From Azolla caroliniana (Eukaryota > Plantae > Polypodiophyta): a stretch of DNA of 64,000 bases. The notes under the pieces are model-generated. The model did no database searches. It saw only the letters and a program-made list of their open reading frames with translations, and was not told the DNA's origin. The stretch covers positions 19,468,001 to 19,532,000 of the forward strand of contig JBHGNT010000005.1 in assembly GCA_043228905.1 (NCBI GenBank). Reading direction: 5' to 3'. Below are positions 23,542 to 36,817 of this stretch, piece after piece. Positions within the stretch are counted from its first letter, which is position 1. Every line of letters starts with the position of its first letter. Made by a program: the position numbers and the translations under genes.

Positions 23542-25817
23542 GTTCAAACTGATAATGATGGTGAGTACAGAGGACGCTTGGAGGAGTACTACAAGGCCTA
23601 GAGCATAAGACTCGAGTATATAGTGCCAAAGACCCTTGAGTTGAATGGGCTTGTAAAGAGGATGAATAGGGCGATCATGGAATATTGCAAGGCCTAAGGC
23701 ATAAGACTCGAGTATACATTGCCAAAGACCCTTGAGTTGAATGGGCTTACAGAGAGGATGAATAGGATGATCATGGAAAGAGTGAGGAGCATGTTGTCGC
23801 ATGCAAAGCTGTCGAAATCATATTGGGTTGAGGCGATGTACACAACTATTTATCAAATCAACAGGTCTCCCTAGTGCCTCTGAAAGGTGATGTTCCACAA
23901 AGTGTGTGGTCAGGTAAAGATGTCTCCTACCAACACCTGAGGGTGTTTGGATGCCTGGTATATATGCATGTAGCTAAGAATCAAAGGTCGAAGCTAGACA
24001 ACAAGTCGAAACCATGTATATTCCTAGGGTACTCGGAGGATGAATTCGGCTATAGGATTTGGGATCTTCTCGATAAGAAGGTTATGAGGATTCTAGACTT
24101 AGTTTTTATGGAAGACAAGACAATCGAAGACTGGAAACAGTAGCAGTCGGGGTCTTCTTCTCGGCCAACTCCGAACACAGGACTAGTCGACTCGGCGCAA
24201 TCGATTGTTAGAAGACAACTAGTCGGAACAGTCGAATCCAAGTCGATCGATCCGGAGCAACCGAAAGACACATATGATTTGGAGTCAGAGTCGGTTGATC
24301 TACTGAAGTTTATTGAGACATATGAGTTGGAGTGAGCAGAACCCCAACAACCAATCGACATGCATGAACCCAAGCCAAATGAAGAGTCGGTAGAGACATC
24401 TGAACCTCAAGTGACAAGGGGAGGCAGGATATATCCACTTAGAGAAAGGAGAGCACCCACACGATATGCCAATCAATATGTCCTCTTGACCGATGAAGGT
24501 GAGCCAGAATTTTATGATGAAGCCATAGTCGATGAGCACAAAGAGATGGTTTGGGACAAAACTAAGAAAGTGCTATGGTTGTCACAAGAAAAATATGTGA
24601 CAAAGATCTTGAAAAGATTTAACATGTCAGAAGCAAAGCCATTCGGTTCTATGTTGCCGACAAATTGCAAGCTGAATGCCAAGCAATGCCCCAAAGGGGA
24701 GAAGGAAAAGGTCGAAATGAGGAAAGTACCATATGCCTCGACCGTTGGCAGTTTAACGTATGTTATGGTCTGTACAAGACTAGACATAACATTTGTTATG
24801 GGAGCAGTATGTCGATACATGAGTAATCCAGGAAGAGAACATTGGGTAGCAGTCCAGTGGATACTCAGGTACTTGAAAGGTACCTCAAGGGTGTGCCTCA
24901 GGTATGGTGTCAGAAAACCTATGCTCAAAGGGTTTACTGATTCACACATGTGGGGGGATCAGCGTCGTGGCAGTAAGGACTGCAAAAGTCTATGACCTTG
25001 TCGAACACAGAGGCAAAGTATATGGCCGTAGTAGAGACCGGCAAGGAGCCGATATGGATGAGAAATTTTCTTAGTGAGTTGGGAATGAAGTAAAGAGAAT
25101 TCTTACATCATTGTGACAATCAGAGTGCAATATATCTAACCAAGAACATTGCTTACCATTCGCAAACCAAACACATACAGAGACGGTATCACTGGACCTT
25201 GCAAGAGAAAGTGGATAAAGGAGAGTTTACCTTCGTGAAGATCCATACTCACAATAATGGATCCGACATGCTCATGAAGAACCTACCTATGGACAGACCC
25301 AAAGTCTGTTGACAAAAGCCTGGAATGACCAACTCCTCCCCATAGGAATGAAGGGGGAGTTTGTTAGGAATATGTCCCTCCTCAAGGAGAAGTCGGCAGT
25401 CGTTGTCTATGAGAGAAGTTGACAATTGAACAGAGACAAGCCGAACACTGGATGGTTGGTCGGATCGACCAGCGAGTCGATAGGATTCTCAACTATTTTG
25501 AATGAGATAGAGAGGGTCGACTATAATAGTCGACTACATCATGGATGCTCTAGGTCAAGGAGAAAGGCGACTAGTCGGGTCGACTGGATAGCCAACATGG
25601 GAGTCGGCTAGTCGGGCTGACTAGAGAATCAACATAGCAGTCGATTAGTCAGCTGATCAATAGAGATTAATAAATTATAATAATCATAATGAAACCTATG
25701 TTTGTAAATAGCACATACTGTGTGTATGAGTATAAATACGCCTATGGCAAACATAGTGTTATGTGTGTAGAACATAACGAAGTGTCGTACAGTCTAGCAT
25801 AACAAAGTGAGAAAGTA

Positions 25818-25820
<3 letters not shown>

Positions 25821-25854
<34 letters not shown>

Positions 25855-25872
25855 TGTGTGTGTGTGTGTGTG
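25821..25872. repeat. Compound microsatellite (AG)16(TG)10 in LTR
   Basis: Read directly from the sequence. Confidence 0.95.
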
Positions 25873-27097
25873 GCACCTCAGTTCTAAGAAACTTGCCAAG
25901 AACCCTAAGTGGGTATTCTCTGTTCATTATCAAAGAGTCGTAACCTGTTCTTTCTTCTGTACTTTCCGTTCACATGGTGGAATATTTGTTCATGTGGATT
26001 TCCCCTATTTTAGGGTTTCCACGTAAATCTTGTGTAATGCGTGTTCTGTCTATCTTGTTGTTTTATGTTTCTGTACTATGTATATATCAACATATCCTTC
26101 TCAAAGATATACGGTATTGCGCAAGAATTTGCCTCTCAAAACTCTAGCACAATACATCTAGAAACACACAAGCACATCATCATATGGCACCATAACAACA
26201 TCTTTGAGTTTAAGAAAGACCACAAACACAAAAGGAGATGAATGGGTATGACAAGACAATCAATGAAGAAACATGAGAGGGGAAGATCTAAATCAAGAGT
26301 TGATATAAATTCTCACTACATGAAAAAGGGTTTATAAGAATTTGTGATAATCATCCACGTACAACAAATAAGAGATTGGAAGTGACCACGATATGTATCA
26401 TAATCTATGAGAGAGAAAAGGAGAATGAACATAGAGTATCTATTAACAAGACGGATATAAAAACTCACACTACATCAAGAGAGATATTCTAAGGCTATCC
26501 TCAAACCTCCCACACTTATACTTATATACAATAGGGGCTTCATTGTTTAGTGCTTGCATGTATCTTGCCATGTGTCGCACATGTAACACTTCATCCACTT
26601 TCCTTTGATTGTAACCAATAGATCTTCTATTTTGGTTATGAGGACAAATGATTCTATTCATGACCCCTGTTAGACATTTGTAGCACGTCGAGCATGCTTT
26701 CCAAAGAACATTTATTTATCAAAATCCAATATAACCTTGAAATATTATGGCCAAAACAATAATTTCTTATTGTAAAGGCACTCTTTGACTATGTCACACC
26801 AATTTACTTTGATTCTTCAAATCTACCTTCGACTAAAGCATTCATTATCATGCTTAAAGATTCATAATCATATTGTATCCATATTTTACTATCTTCTAAC
26901 CACTTTGTTGAGCACAAGTATCTACAACATGACACTTTAGCCCCCTCCAAGCAAAGCTTTGATAAAGTAAAAGCTTTTTATAGCTAAACACTAGTAAACT
27001 ATCAATATACTCTATATATACCTTATCGTTGTCTTGAGCGCGAATACCTAAAAATATATCACAGATATGTACAAGTAAACGTTTCATTCTTTGTACC

Positions 27098-27686
27098 TTA
27101 AGAAACCATTGTGACCATTGAGGAGCTCATTACGTGTAAATGATATGGCTTTAATGTCACCCCATTGATCCTTTCTCTCATTAATGATCCATCCATACTC
27201 TTCAACTTGTATGTGCCATTGGTAAACCTCTTGTGGATTACATAAGGTTCATCCCATCTATGCTTGAACTTTCTTTGAGAAGTCTTATCTAAGGAACTAT
27301 TATATACTAAGACCAACATACCCTCCATCAAGTTTTTTGTCCTTGCTAGTACTTGACTTCTTTTATACCGTCGTTCACACAAGTCTTCATATAGATGTAT
27401 TTCCTCATCTCTTTTCCAAAATAAATCATGCATAGCTTCTTGTCGTATATCCATTTGAAATTCATCGCGCACTCCTTAACACTCCATCATTTGAATAGAA
27501 AAGGAAGCAACACATTTGTTGGCATCGTTGCATCCTCCCTATATACAAACTAGAAGGCTGTGGAAAGCTTATGTGTTATCCTACATGTCCATAGTGCTTT
27601 GTTCAACTCTTTATCCCAACTCTGTGGATACAAGTCCACAATCTTGAACAATAGCTTTTGTATAGTCCCATTAAAGGCCTTCACCA
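27098..27686 (-). pseudogene. Gypsy integrase C-terminal fragment (divergent, AT-rich Phygy-like)
   Basis: KAFNGTIQKLL..WDKELNKALW..LVYNSSLDKTSQRKFKHRWDEPY..NGTYKL resembles LVYDNSLDNQHRATRKFAKRWFGPY. Confidence 0.8.
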
Positions 27687-28070
27687 TGTCGTGATATAGC
27701 ATGATATGGCATTAAAAGGATTTTAACCCATGACCTAATGTCACATGGGTTAAATACCTACCATTAAGCTATACATTGTAATACAAAAAATATTGTTTTC
27801 ATTTATTATTTCACTATAGAATTTTGATATATATTCTAGATTTCTCTGGAATGTTCTAGAAAACTTTAGGAGTACTCCTGACAGCACTATAAAAAGAGGC
27901 AAAAGGCATTATTTTGAACCAATTCAGTTCAACGCCAGTCTTAAGCCTCCTAGCTATTCTTGTACTTAATATTCATATAATATATCACCTGTTATCATCA
28001 CTCTCTCTCTCTCTCTCATGCTTTGTGAGTATCTGGGACCTACGCCACCTAACCCGTTTCCCGCCGGACA
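27687..28070 (+). mobile_element. Gypsy LTR joining two different hosts (no TSD)
   Basis: TGTCGTGA...CCGGACA; TATAAAA at ~27888; CT tract; gypsy INT on the left and copia INT on the right. Confidence 0.7.
27705..27778 (-). promoter_or_regulatory. tRNA-like module in LTR U3 (antisense)
   Basis: Minus strand A-box TAGCTTAATGG (27771-27761); B-box-like GGTTAAAATCC (27728-27718); spacing 43 nt; TTTT follows immediately. Confidence 0.62.
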
Positions 28071-30763
28071 ATCGGGGACATGCACAAATGCAATGCTACC
28101 AAAAACCTTCAAGTGCGAAAGGTCTGGCTTTGTCCCAAAATACTTCTCGTGAGGGGTGATGTCATAGACACCCTCGGTTGTGCACCTATTGATGAGATAC
28201 ACAGCCGTAACTGCTGCCTCTGCCCAATAGATCTTGAGCTTGTTCTTCTCATGCAGCATGGCACGGGCCATCTCAAGAATTGTGCAATTCTTCCACTCAG
28301 CAACACCGTTTTGTTGTGGTGTGTACGGGCAAGAGAATTCCCGGCGAATCCCCTTCTCTTCTAGAAAGGCCTTAAACTCGGTTGAGAAGTATTCTTGGCC
28401 ACCATCAGACCGTAAGCATCAAATCTTGCGATTCGTCTCATTTTCCACGCAATTCTTTAACTTGAGAAAGTGGGAGAAGACCTCACTTTTCGACTTCATC
28501 GGGCATATCCAGGTATGCCGCGAATAGTCGTCAATGAAGGTAACGAAGTACCTACACCCACCAATTGTCGTTGTCTGAGCTGAGCCCCATACATCTAAGT
28601 GGATGACGTCCAACAAGCCTTTACTCACATTTCTTTCGCTTAGGAATGGATGCCTATGTTGCTTGCCTAGTTGGCACGCCTCACATACATCATCACGATG
28701 TTTCGATGTAAATTGTGGCAATCCGTGCACAACCCCTTTTGTTTGCATTGATCGGAGTTTACTGAGGTTTACATGGTCAACCCTTTTGTGCCACAACTCA
28801 ATATCAAACTCGGCCTTGAGTCCCTTTGCATACATTGCTGTGTTCATCTCCGTCGCATCAAGAATAAACATGCGACCTTCTCTTCTTGCATGAGCGATAA
28901 GTTGGCCTTTATCCTCGATGAAGCAACCTTCCTGGTTGAGTTCAACAATTTGGCCAACCGAGACCAAATTCTTTGTGATTGTCGGGACATGCAATATATC
29001 CTTCATGTAGCCCTTGTTGTTGTGATTGTTAAGGGCCACATCTCCAATGTGCTCAATCATGTGTGTGGAGTCATCACCGGTCTCCACCACGCCGGGTCTC
29101 TCGAGTTCCCTCAAATTCATGAACCATTCTTGATGACTTGTCATGTGATTTGAGGCACCTGAGTCCACGAACCATACATCATCAGGTTGGGAAACACTTG
29201 TTATCATGTTATTCGCCCGGTGTCGCATAACAAACATCGTCACTTTGTTTTCTAGGTCAGCCAACACAACATAGTTTGTTTGTTGTCGGGGTGAGGCAGC
29301 TGAGTCATTCTTCTTCTTCCGACACTCGGCTTCAAAGTGGCTAGGCTTTCCACAATACCAACACTTGGTTTGCTGGTTCTGCCTAGTTGATGCAAGCTGG
29401 TGGAAACTCCCCTTTCTATCGGAATTCCCTCGGTTGTTTCGACCTTCTTGTTGCTCGGAATTAAACTGTTGTGGACCTCGTCCACCTCTTCGTCGGCCAT
29501 TCCTCCCCCGATTTCCACGACCACGACCGTGACCTCGACTGAGATCATCATGTGTATATAGCATCTGCCCATAAGATGTTGTGCTCGTCGACTGTGTATG
29601 GTTCTCCTCAACCATTAGCATGGATTGCAAGTCGAAAATGCTTGGGGGGTTCTCCCTTGTTGTTATGGCAGTTCGAAATGAGCCATATTTTTGTGCAAGG
29701 CCGCCAAGACAAATATGCACCATCTCGTCATCATCAACTACGACATTGATGGAGCCAAGTGAATCGCATAAGTCTTTGATCCGGAGGGTGTAGTCCGTCA
29801 CAGACATATCCCCCTGCCGAATATTGTTCAACTCCTTCCGGAGTTGAAGTTTTCTCGCTGTGGTTGGAGCCGCGAAAATCTTCTTCAAGTTTTTCCACGC
29901 TTCTGTTGGGGCTTTCGCATCTCGAATATAGCTTAACATGTGATCTTGCACACATGTTGCCAAACAATACATTACCCTACTAGCGCCTTGCTGCCATGTG
30001 GGGTAGTTGGGACTTGTAATATCGGGGGTTGTTTCCTGAGCTCCCTCGATATAACTCCAATACCCTTCCCAACTAAGTACTACTGCATTTTATATTCCCA
30101 AGATGCGTAGTTGTGCCTGTCCAACTTCTCTGTTGTAAGTGCGCTACCCATTTGTGCATTCATTTTTCTGATTTAGCTTGAATCGTATAATCCTGTTAAG
30201 GTGAGCCTCTTGTTGTGCAAAACTGCAGCGATGATAGCAGGTTTTAAAACAACGTCTCTAGCTGCTCACACAGTTTCAATGGTAGAGCTCAGTGAAGGAT
30301 CTCTAACCCTCACGCTCTGATACCATGTAAAGAATCTAACTCTAGTAGAGTTTAGTATTCAAAAGCGTAGTGTGTGTGAGAGAGAGAGAGAGAGTGAATG
30401 TATAAGCAAGAGAAGGAATTACAGAGAATAACCAAAAAAATAAGAAAACACACAGTAGGGGGATGACAACTTATGCACTTAAGAGAGCTATATTAATGAT
30501 CTAAAGATCATCAACTAAACTAAATGGCCAAAGGGGGTTTTATATACAAGTCCTCAAGGGATTGCCCTATTAAATGTGTTGGTGGAATCTAACCAAGATA
30601 TCCACTTGAGTACGATTTTGTCATAAGAATATCTAATATTCTTTGACCACACTAACACTCAACAACTACACGGATTACAATAAAGTGTGTTCACACACTT
30701 TTTCACACATCGTCCTTTTCTTCATAAGCACATGTTAACACAAGTTGAGCTTGATTCTCAACA
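28071..30763 (-). mobile_element. 3'-truncated copia (Bryco-like family): 5' LTR, PBS, gag-PR-INT
   Basis: LTR 30326-30763; PBS TGGTATCAGAGC 30314-30325 abutting the LTR; gag ATG at 30151; CWYCGKPSHFEAEC, WFVDSGASNHMT, INT core; homologous to 37322-39430. Confidence 0.9.
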
Positions 30764-31764
30764 CAATACACACAAAGGAACCAATTATTTTCATGGACTT
30801 CAAGTTAGCTAATATATTTGTCAATTTACAGAAAACCACTACGTTTGAACTATTATGCTCCATTTTAATCTAGAGTCTTGACAAATTCTTCTTCATGGAA
30901 GATGAGGATTTGATTTTGCATTTGGATGCATCTTGGTGTAGATTGGGGAAATTTGACAATTGCATCAAGTCACCTTTCATTCTTGAAAATTCATAGTGCG
31001 AGAAATCTAAAGAGGTGAGGGTTATTTGTTGATGCTTTGACCAATAATGCCAAACTGTAGATGTTTCTCCTCATTAAATTATTACCTATACATGATAAGG
31101 ATCACATAAACTTGACATACTTTTGAAATTCTCGAGTTCTGAATCAACAAGCTCGTTGGACGTATTTTTAAACATATTTCAATTTCATAATCACATATTA
31201 CCTAGGGAAGCAATAAGGCAAAACAAATGTGGTAAGCATAAGGCTCAATTCTCCTATCTAATATGTCAACCAAGAGAGTGGCTTTTAACATAAAATGCAA
31301 GTTCTTAGTTGAGAGTGGTTCATGCATGTCCTAAAGATTTGAGTCTCCTTGACTCTCTTTGTCCATACATTTATTCAAATGGTCATGCTCGCGTACATAT
31401 TGTTCCACATTATGCTTCTTCTCATAAGGACTACTATGAGTTCAATTAGCATGGCGATGTTGTATTGCCTTTGGCACGTGGTGTGAAAACAAAAGTTGTC
31501 GCCTATAAAATATGATTGTACACAATCGTGCTTATCAAATACTATTTGCACACAATTATATATAGATAGATATAGGAAGAGAAATGTGTATATATGGGTC
31601 ACACCCTAGCTTATATAAACATATATGAATACCAGTAGGGGTATTTTACTTATAATTGTAAACCACAAAACTATCAAAAAACATAAAATGCACAAAACCA
31701 TGGGTTAAGACTCAAGAGCATGGTTTTCCATGCATATGATCTATGAAAAGTACATTGGATTTAT

Positions 31765-34391
31765 GCCAAGTAAGTGGACCGAAGGTATGATTTATCCTAT
31801 TCCTAAGCTGGAAGGGGTAGTGGCAGATATTAGGAAGTGGCGACCTATAACTATATTGAATACTATTTTACAAATATATGCTAAGTTGTTGGCTATGAGA
31901 TTGCAACCTTTTTTATCAGACATTATTCATAACACCCAAACAGGGTTCTTACAAGATAGGAGTATATTAGATAACATTTTTTTATTTTGGGAAGCGGTTA
32001 CAATTTCACAAGAAAGGCAAGAGGATTTAACAATCTTGTTGTTGGATTTTGAAAAGGCTTATGATAGAGTAGATTGGTCTTTTTTGAGGGGTACCATGGA
32101 AAAGTTGGGTTTTCCTAATCAATGTTTAACGACTGTCTCAACTCTTTACAACTCTGCTACTAGTAGGGTATTCGTAGATGGAGAGTTAGGCCAAGCATTC
32201 GCAATTTCGAGGTCAGTGAGTCAGGGATGTCCATTGGCTCCTTTTTTATATTTGATGATCGGAGAAGCTTTTAGTAGTTTGCTTACAAGTAATACTGTGA
32301 ATATAAAAGGGCTACAATGGCCATGGTTAGAGGAACAAGTTGTGGATTGTCAATTTGTTGATGATACAACCTTGTATTTGCAAGGTTCTAACGATAATCT
32401 TTCTAGAAACAGGCTATCGATACATTTTGCTATGCTTCTAGAATTGTTATTAATTGGAATAAATTGGAATAAATTGGTAGGGTTCTGGGTAGGTAACACA
32501 ATAAACCCTTTGTGGTGTCCACAAGAAGGGTTTCAATGGATTCCGCATGGTAAACCTATAAGATACTTGGGATGTTAGGTAGGTATTAATCTCTCACTAG
32601 AAGATCATGTAGCTCCTCTATTGCTTTCTATAAGGAAGAAATTGTTATATTGGAATATTGCTAAATTGTCATTGACAGGAAGTGTTGTTGTTGCCAATCA
32701 AGTATTGTTGGCTTCCATGTGGTACATTTTATTGGCTTGGTTGTGTCACGTTCGGCTTTATCGCAAGTACAAAAGCTTATTAGAAATTTCCTTTGGGGAT
32801 CTAAAGATTGTTCTTATGTGAGAGCCAATGTATCTTGGAAAGTTATTACAACTCCAACAGACGGTGGTCTTGGATTGATTGAGCCTCTTTTACAATGTAA
32901 GGCTTTATTGGGAAAATTTATTATCAGAGGTTTGTTGCTTGGTGGGGAGCCTTGGAAAAAAATCTTAAGGCAGAGAATGGCTAAAGTTATGCCTTCTACT
33001 GGTGGCAATTGGAAAGATAGTATTAGATGCTGGTTTTTAAGAGATTTTAACCATTCCATTGATATTTTTCGCCAAGATAAGTTTTTTAGGGGTAGCATGA
33101 AGGCATGGTGGGATTTGAAACATAACTTAGTCCAATCTCTACCATCATGTAAGGAGGAATGGTTGCGTCAACCCCTCATATTGAACCCACTATTTACATC
33201 AGAAGAGGGGGTAATGTTAGGGAAGAGAACTAGGTTGAATTGGGCTGACTTTGATAAAGGTGAAACAAAGTCAGTTTGGAATTGGCTGACCTTTTCTTCT
33301 TCAGTGATGGAAAACAAAACCCATGTTTGTAGTACAATTTGGGGAGGGGACATTATGTATGCAGAAATGGATTGAGTCTTTACAATATCTTCCTTTCAGC
33401 CTTCTCAAACTAGTGTGTTTTGGTATGGTATGTTTTCAGCCCTACATGTCTTATTGGGGGTTAGGGGCTATAAAAACGCTCATGAATGCCTTTACTTCGA
33501 TGTTTTGCCTTCTAGACGACTTCATTCTCTCTTTGTGGAAGATGAAATTGTAACTCAAGGGAATAGGTTCCCTATTCGTATATTGTGGAAGAAAGATAAA
33601 AAATGGATATTGAATCCACATCCAAATGATGTAAACAATCTCTCTAATTTATGGGTCTATGAGAATAAGCCCATTGATCGCCTTTTGTGGGATCCTGGTG
33701 AGTGGAAATGGCAAATCAGATTAGCGCAAGGAATGCTAGGTAAGCAAATCCCATTTTTTCAGTATTCGGTAAAAATGGGTATAGAAATGCTAAGGAGAGG
33801 TGTGACTGTTACACCAGCAACTTGTAAATTCTGGAGATTTGGTAATGTGACAAATTCTCGGATGAATGCTTGTTGGAAATGGTTATGGGCCATGCAAATT
33901 CCTAAAAACGTTGCGTTATTTAGATGGTTGTTGACACATTATGGCATTCCTGTGAAGTCATGGATCGGGGACACGACTAGGAGTTAAAATGTGATAGTTG
34001 TAGTTCTCCCATTGAACCAGTTTACCATGTTTTATGGATATCTCCTATTGCTAGAGCAGTTTGGAAAAGAATGTTGAGAATGTTATATCCTATTTATGGT
34101 AGGCAAGTGTACACATGGGGTTTTGTGAGATGGGGAAGATTAGCTAAAGAAATTCAGAACTATGAAAAGGAGTTTGGTCATTTTCTTCTCCTCTCCGATG
34201 GAAGACAGGTATTGGAGGTCTCTGATACTACAACAATCTATTGTTTGGAAGAGGATATGGTCTGGTCTACGATATCTTCTCTAGTAGGTTGGGTATTGTG
34301 GAAGGCTAGATGTAAATGTGTATTTCAGAAAATTAAACAGAATGCAGTTGAGTTAGTCAAAGAAGTATGGTTAATGCTCTTACACACTTTA
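31765..34391 (+). mobile_element. 5'-truncated, decayed L1-clade LINE ORF2
   Basis: WRPITILN, LLDFEKAYDRVDW, QGCPLAPFLY, QFVDDTT, RYLG; C-terminal zf-RVT-like WKWLWAMQIPKNVALFRW..CDSC..H; frameshifts. Confidence 0.9.
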
Positions 34392-36717
34392 TGTTGAAAA
34401 ACAGTGCTCGGCCACAACCGAGGAACTGGATCGATCAACTCACAGAAAACGGGAAATACAATATGCACGAAGACAACAGAGATGTACGATGGTGAAGCTA
34501 CAAGGCAACAACCTTGAGCTCACTGTCTTCGCCACAGGCGGCGGTAATACACAGAGGCAACGACCTCTTCGTCTCTCTCTCTTTCTCTCTCTCGGCTGCT
34601 CTCACTTCGCATGAAAAATAAGCAACAACATTTAAACTGTTTGCCCTAAGTCATATTTATACACATATGACTTTCGGGCTATTTACAAATATAGCCTCAA
34701 AGGGCTCTTGGCAAAACATATTCACAAATATGTCCCCGCATCCGGATCTCTCTCCGGGTACATTCGTCATCCGACTCCGTTACCGGGGTCTTCAGCATCC
34801 GGCTCCGTAGCCAGGGTCTTCATCATCCGGCTCCGTAACCGGAACCGGGCTTGCCGTCATCCGGATCTCTCTCCGGGTACATTCGTCATCCGGCTCCGTA
34901 ACCGCAACCGGGCTTGCCGTCATTCATCTCCGGACATCCCATCCGGAGGGACCGAAATCCCAACAAACTCCCCCTTCACTTCGGCATGGGATGTCTCTCC
35001 AACCCGATCCTCTTCCGGCATGCTTCCAGTTTGTCGGGTGTGAGCACCTTGGTCAGCATATCCGACCCGTTCTCGTCCGTGTGGATCTTCGTCAGCACGA
35101 ACTCCTTGTCTTCTATCCTTTCCCGGATCCAGTGGTATCTACGCTGGATGTGTTTCGTCCGGGAATGGTAGGCCGCGTTCTTTGCAAGGTGGATGGCACT
35201 CTGACTATCGCAGTAGAGTCGGTACTCCTCCTGCCGGATCCCGAGCTCTCTAATGAAGTCCTTCATCCATATTATTTCCTTGCCGGCTTCAACAGCTGCC
35301 ATGTACTCCGCCTCCGTGGTTGACAACGCAACCGTCTTCTGCAGCCTCGACTGCCACGAAACGGCTCCCCCTGCATAGGTCATTACATACCCTGATGTAG
35401 ACCGGCTGGTATCCGCATCAGCCGACATGTCCGAATCGGTAAATCCATCGAGTTCGGGCTTACCGGAGCCGAATCGGAGGCAGATGTTCGAAGTGCCCTT
35501 TAAGTATCGGAGTATCCATTTGACCGCGTTCCAGTGCTCCTTGCCGGGATTGCTCATGTACCGGCTCACCACTCCGACTGCATATCCTATGTCCGGTCTC
35601 GTACACACCATGGCGTACATCAAGCTCCCGACGGCTGAGGTATACGGCACTTTCATCATATCCTCCTTTTCAGCCTTTGTCTTGGGACTTTGCTTGCTGG
35701 ACAGCTTGCAGTTTGCCGGGAGGGTCGATCCGACCGGTCTTGCTTCCGACATGTTGAACCGGTGAAGCACCTTCGTCACGTACTTCTCCTGTGACAGCCA
35801 CAACTGCTTCTTCTTCCGGTCCCGGATGATGTGCATCCCTAGTATTTGCCTCGCCGGACCCAGGTCCTTCATTGAGAAGGTTCGGTGAAGAGCCTTCTTC
35901 AGCATCCGTATCTTGACCTGGTCCCGTCCGACGATCAACATGTCGTCCACGTACAGGAGGAGTATTAGAAAGTCTCCTCCTTCAAACTTCTTCACAAACA
36001 CGCAGTGGTCGGACTGCGTTTTGAGATACCCTTCGTCGGTCATGAAGGAGTCGAACTTCCGGTACCATTGCCGGGGAGCCTGCTTCAGTCCGTAAAGGTT
36101 CTTCTTCAACCGGCATACCAGGTGCTCCTTCCTTTTCTTCTCGAATCCTTCCGGTTGCTGCATGTAGATCTCTTCTTCGAGGTCACCGTGAAGGAATGCC
36201 GTCTTCACGTCCATCTGTTCTACCTCGAGGTCCATGCTTGCCGCTATGCTCAACACCGTCCGGATGGAGGTCATCTTCACTACCGGGGCAAATATCTCGT
36301 CGAAGTCGACGCCCTTCTTCTGCTGGAACCCCTTCACCACGATCCTGGCTTTGTATCTCGGGGGGTTTCCGGCATCTCCCGGTTTCAGCTTGAACACCCA
36401 CTTGTTACGGAGTGCCCGTTTTCCTTTCGGCAACTCCACAAGTTCATATGTGTGGTTCTCATGCAGGGAATCCATCTCCTCCTGCATGGCACTTAACCAC
36501 CTGCGGCTATGGGTGTCATGCTTTGCTTCTTCAAAGCTCTCCGGCTCCCCCTCGTCGGTTAGCAGCACGTGCTCTGGTTCCGGAAATCTCCGAGGGGCCC
36601 TTCTCTCTCTTAGAGGATATCTCCGTTCCGGAGCTTCGGTAACCGGTTCTTCCGATTCTTCTTCATCCGAATCCATTTCGGGATCGGGGCCGGTTCCGGT
36701 ATCATTTTCATCTTCTT
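34392..36717 (-). mobile_element. Tork-like copia 3' half (3' LTR, PPT, RT-RH), cut by the assembly gap
   Basis: LTR 34392-34965; PPT 34966-34980; close paralog of 44531-46940. Confidence 0.93.
34976..36717 (-). CDS. pol: Copia RT-RNase H (open frame up to the gap)
   Basis: YKARIVVKGF, QMDVKTAFLHG, LLYVDDML, FTDSDMS, STTEAEY, CDSQSAI, DMLTK. Confidence 0.85.
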
Positions 36718-36817
36718 NNNNNNNNNNNNNNNNNNNNNNNNNNNNNNNNNNNNNNNNNNNNNNNNNNNNNNNNNNNNNNNNNNNNNNNNNNNNNNNNNNN
36801 NNNNNNNNNNNNNNNNN
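36718..36817. other. Assembly gap (100 N)
   Basis: Run of N; the flanks belong to different elements. Confidence 1.

Larger units (their letters stand above)
18478..26149 (+). mobile_element. 5'-truncated, degenerate Tork-like copia (host of nested elements)
   Basis: INT WHNKLDHMS..ELVHTDVC (18480-18880), resuming as QTDNDGEYRG at 23545; RT/RH remnants 24540-25340; PPT GAAGGGGGAG 25350-25359; 3' LTR TGTTAG...CTAGCA 25362-26149 (right end less certain). Confidence 0.85.

Noticed and set aside
26150-30768. CAATA following both the 26149 and 30763 LTR ends as a TSD
   Set aside because: The LTRs belong to different families and orientations, and no matching LTR starts after the first CAATA; treated as coincidence.
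30770-31760. Host gene or transposase in the AT-rich spacer
   Set aside because: No convincing ORF, motif or terminal structure was recognised.
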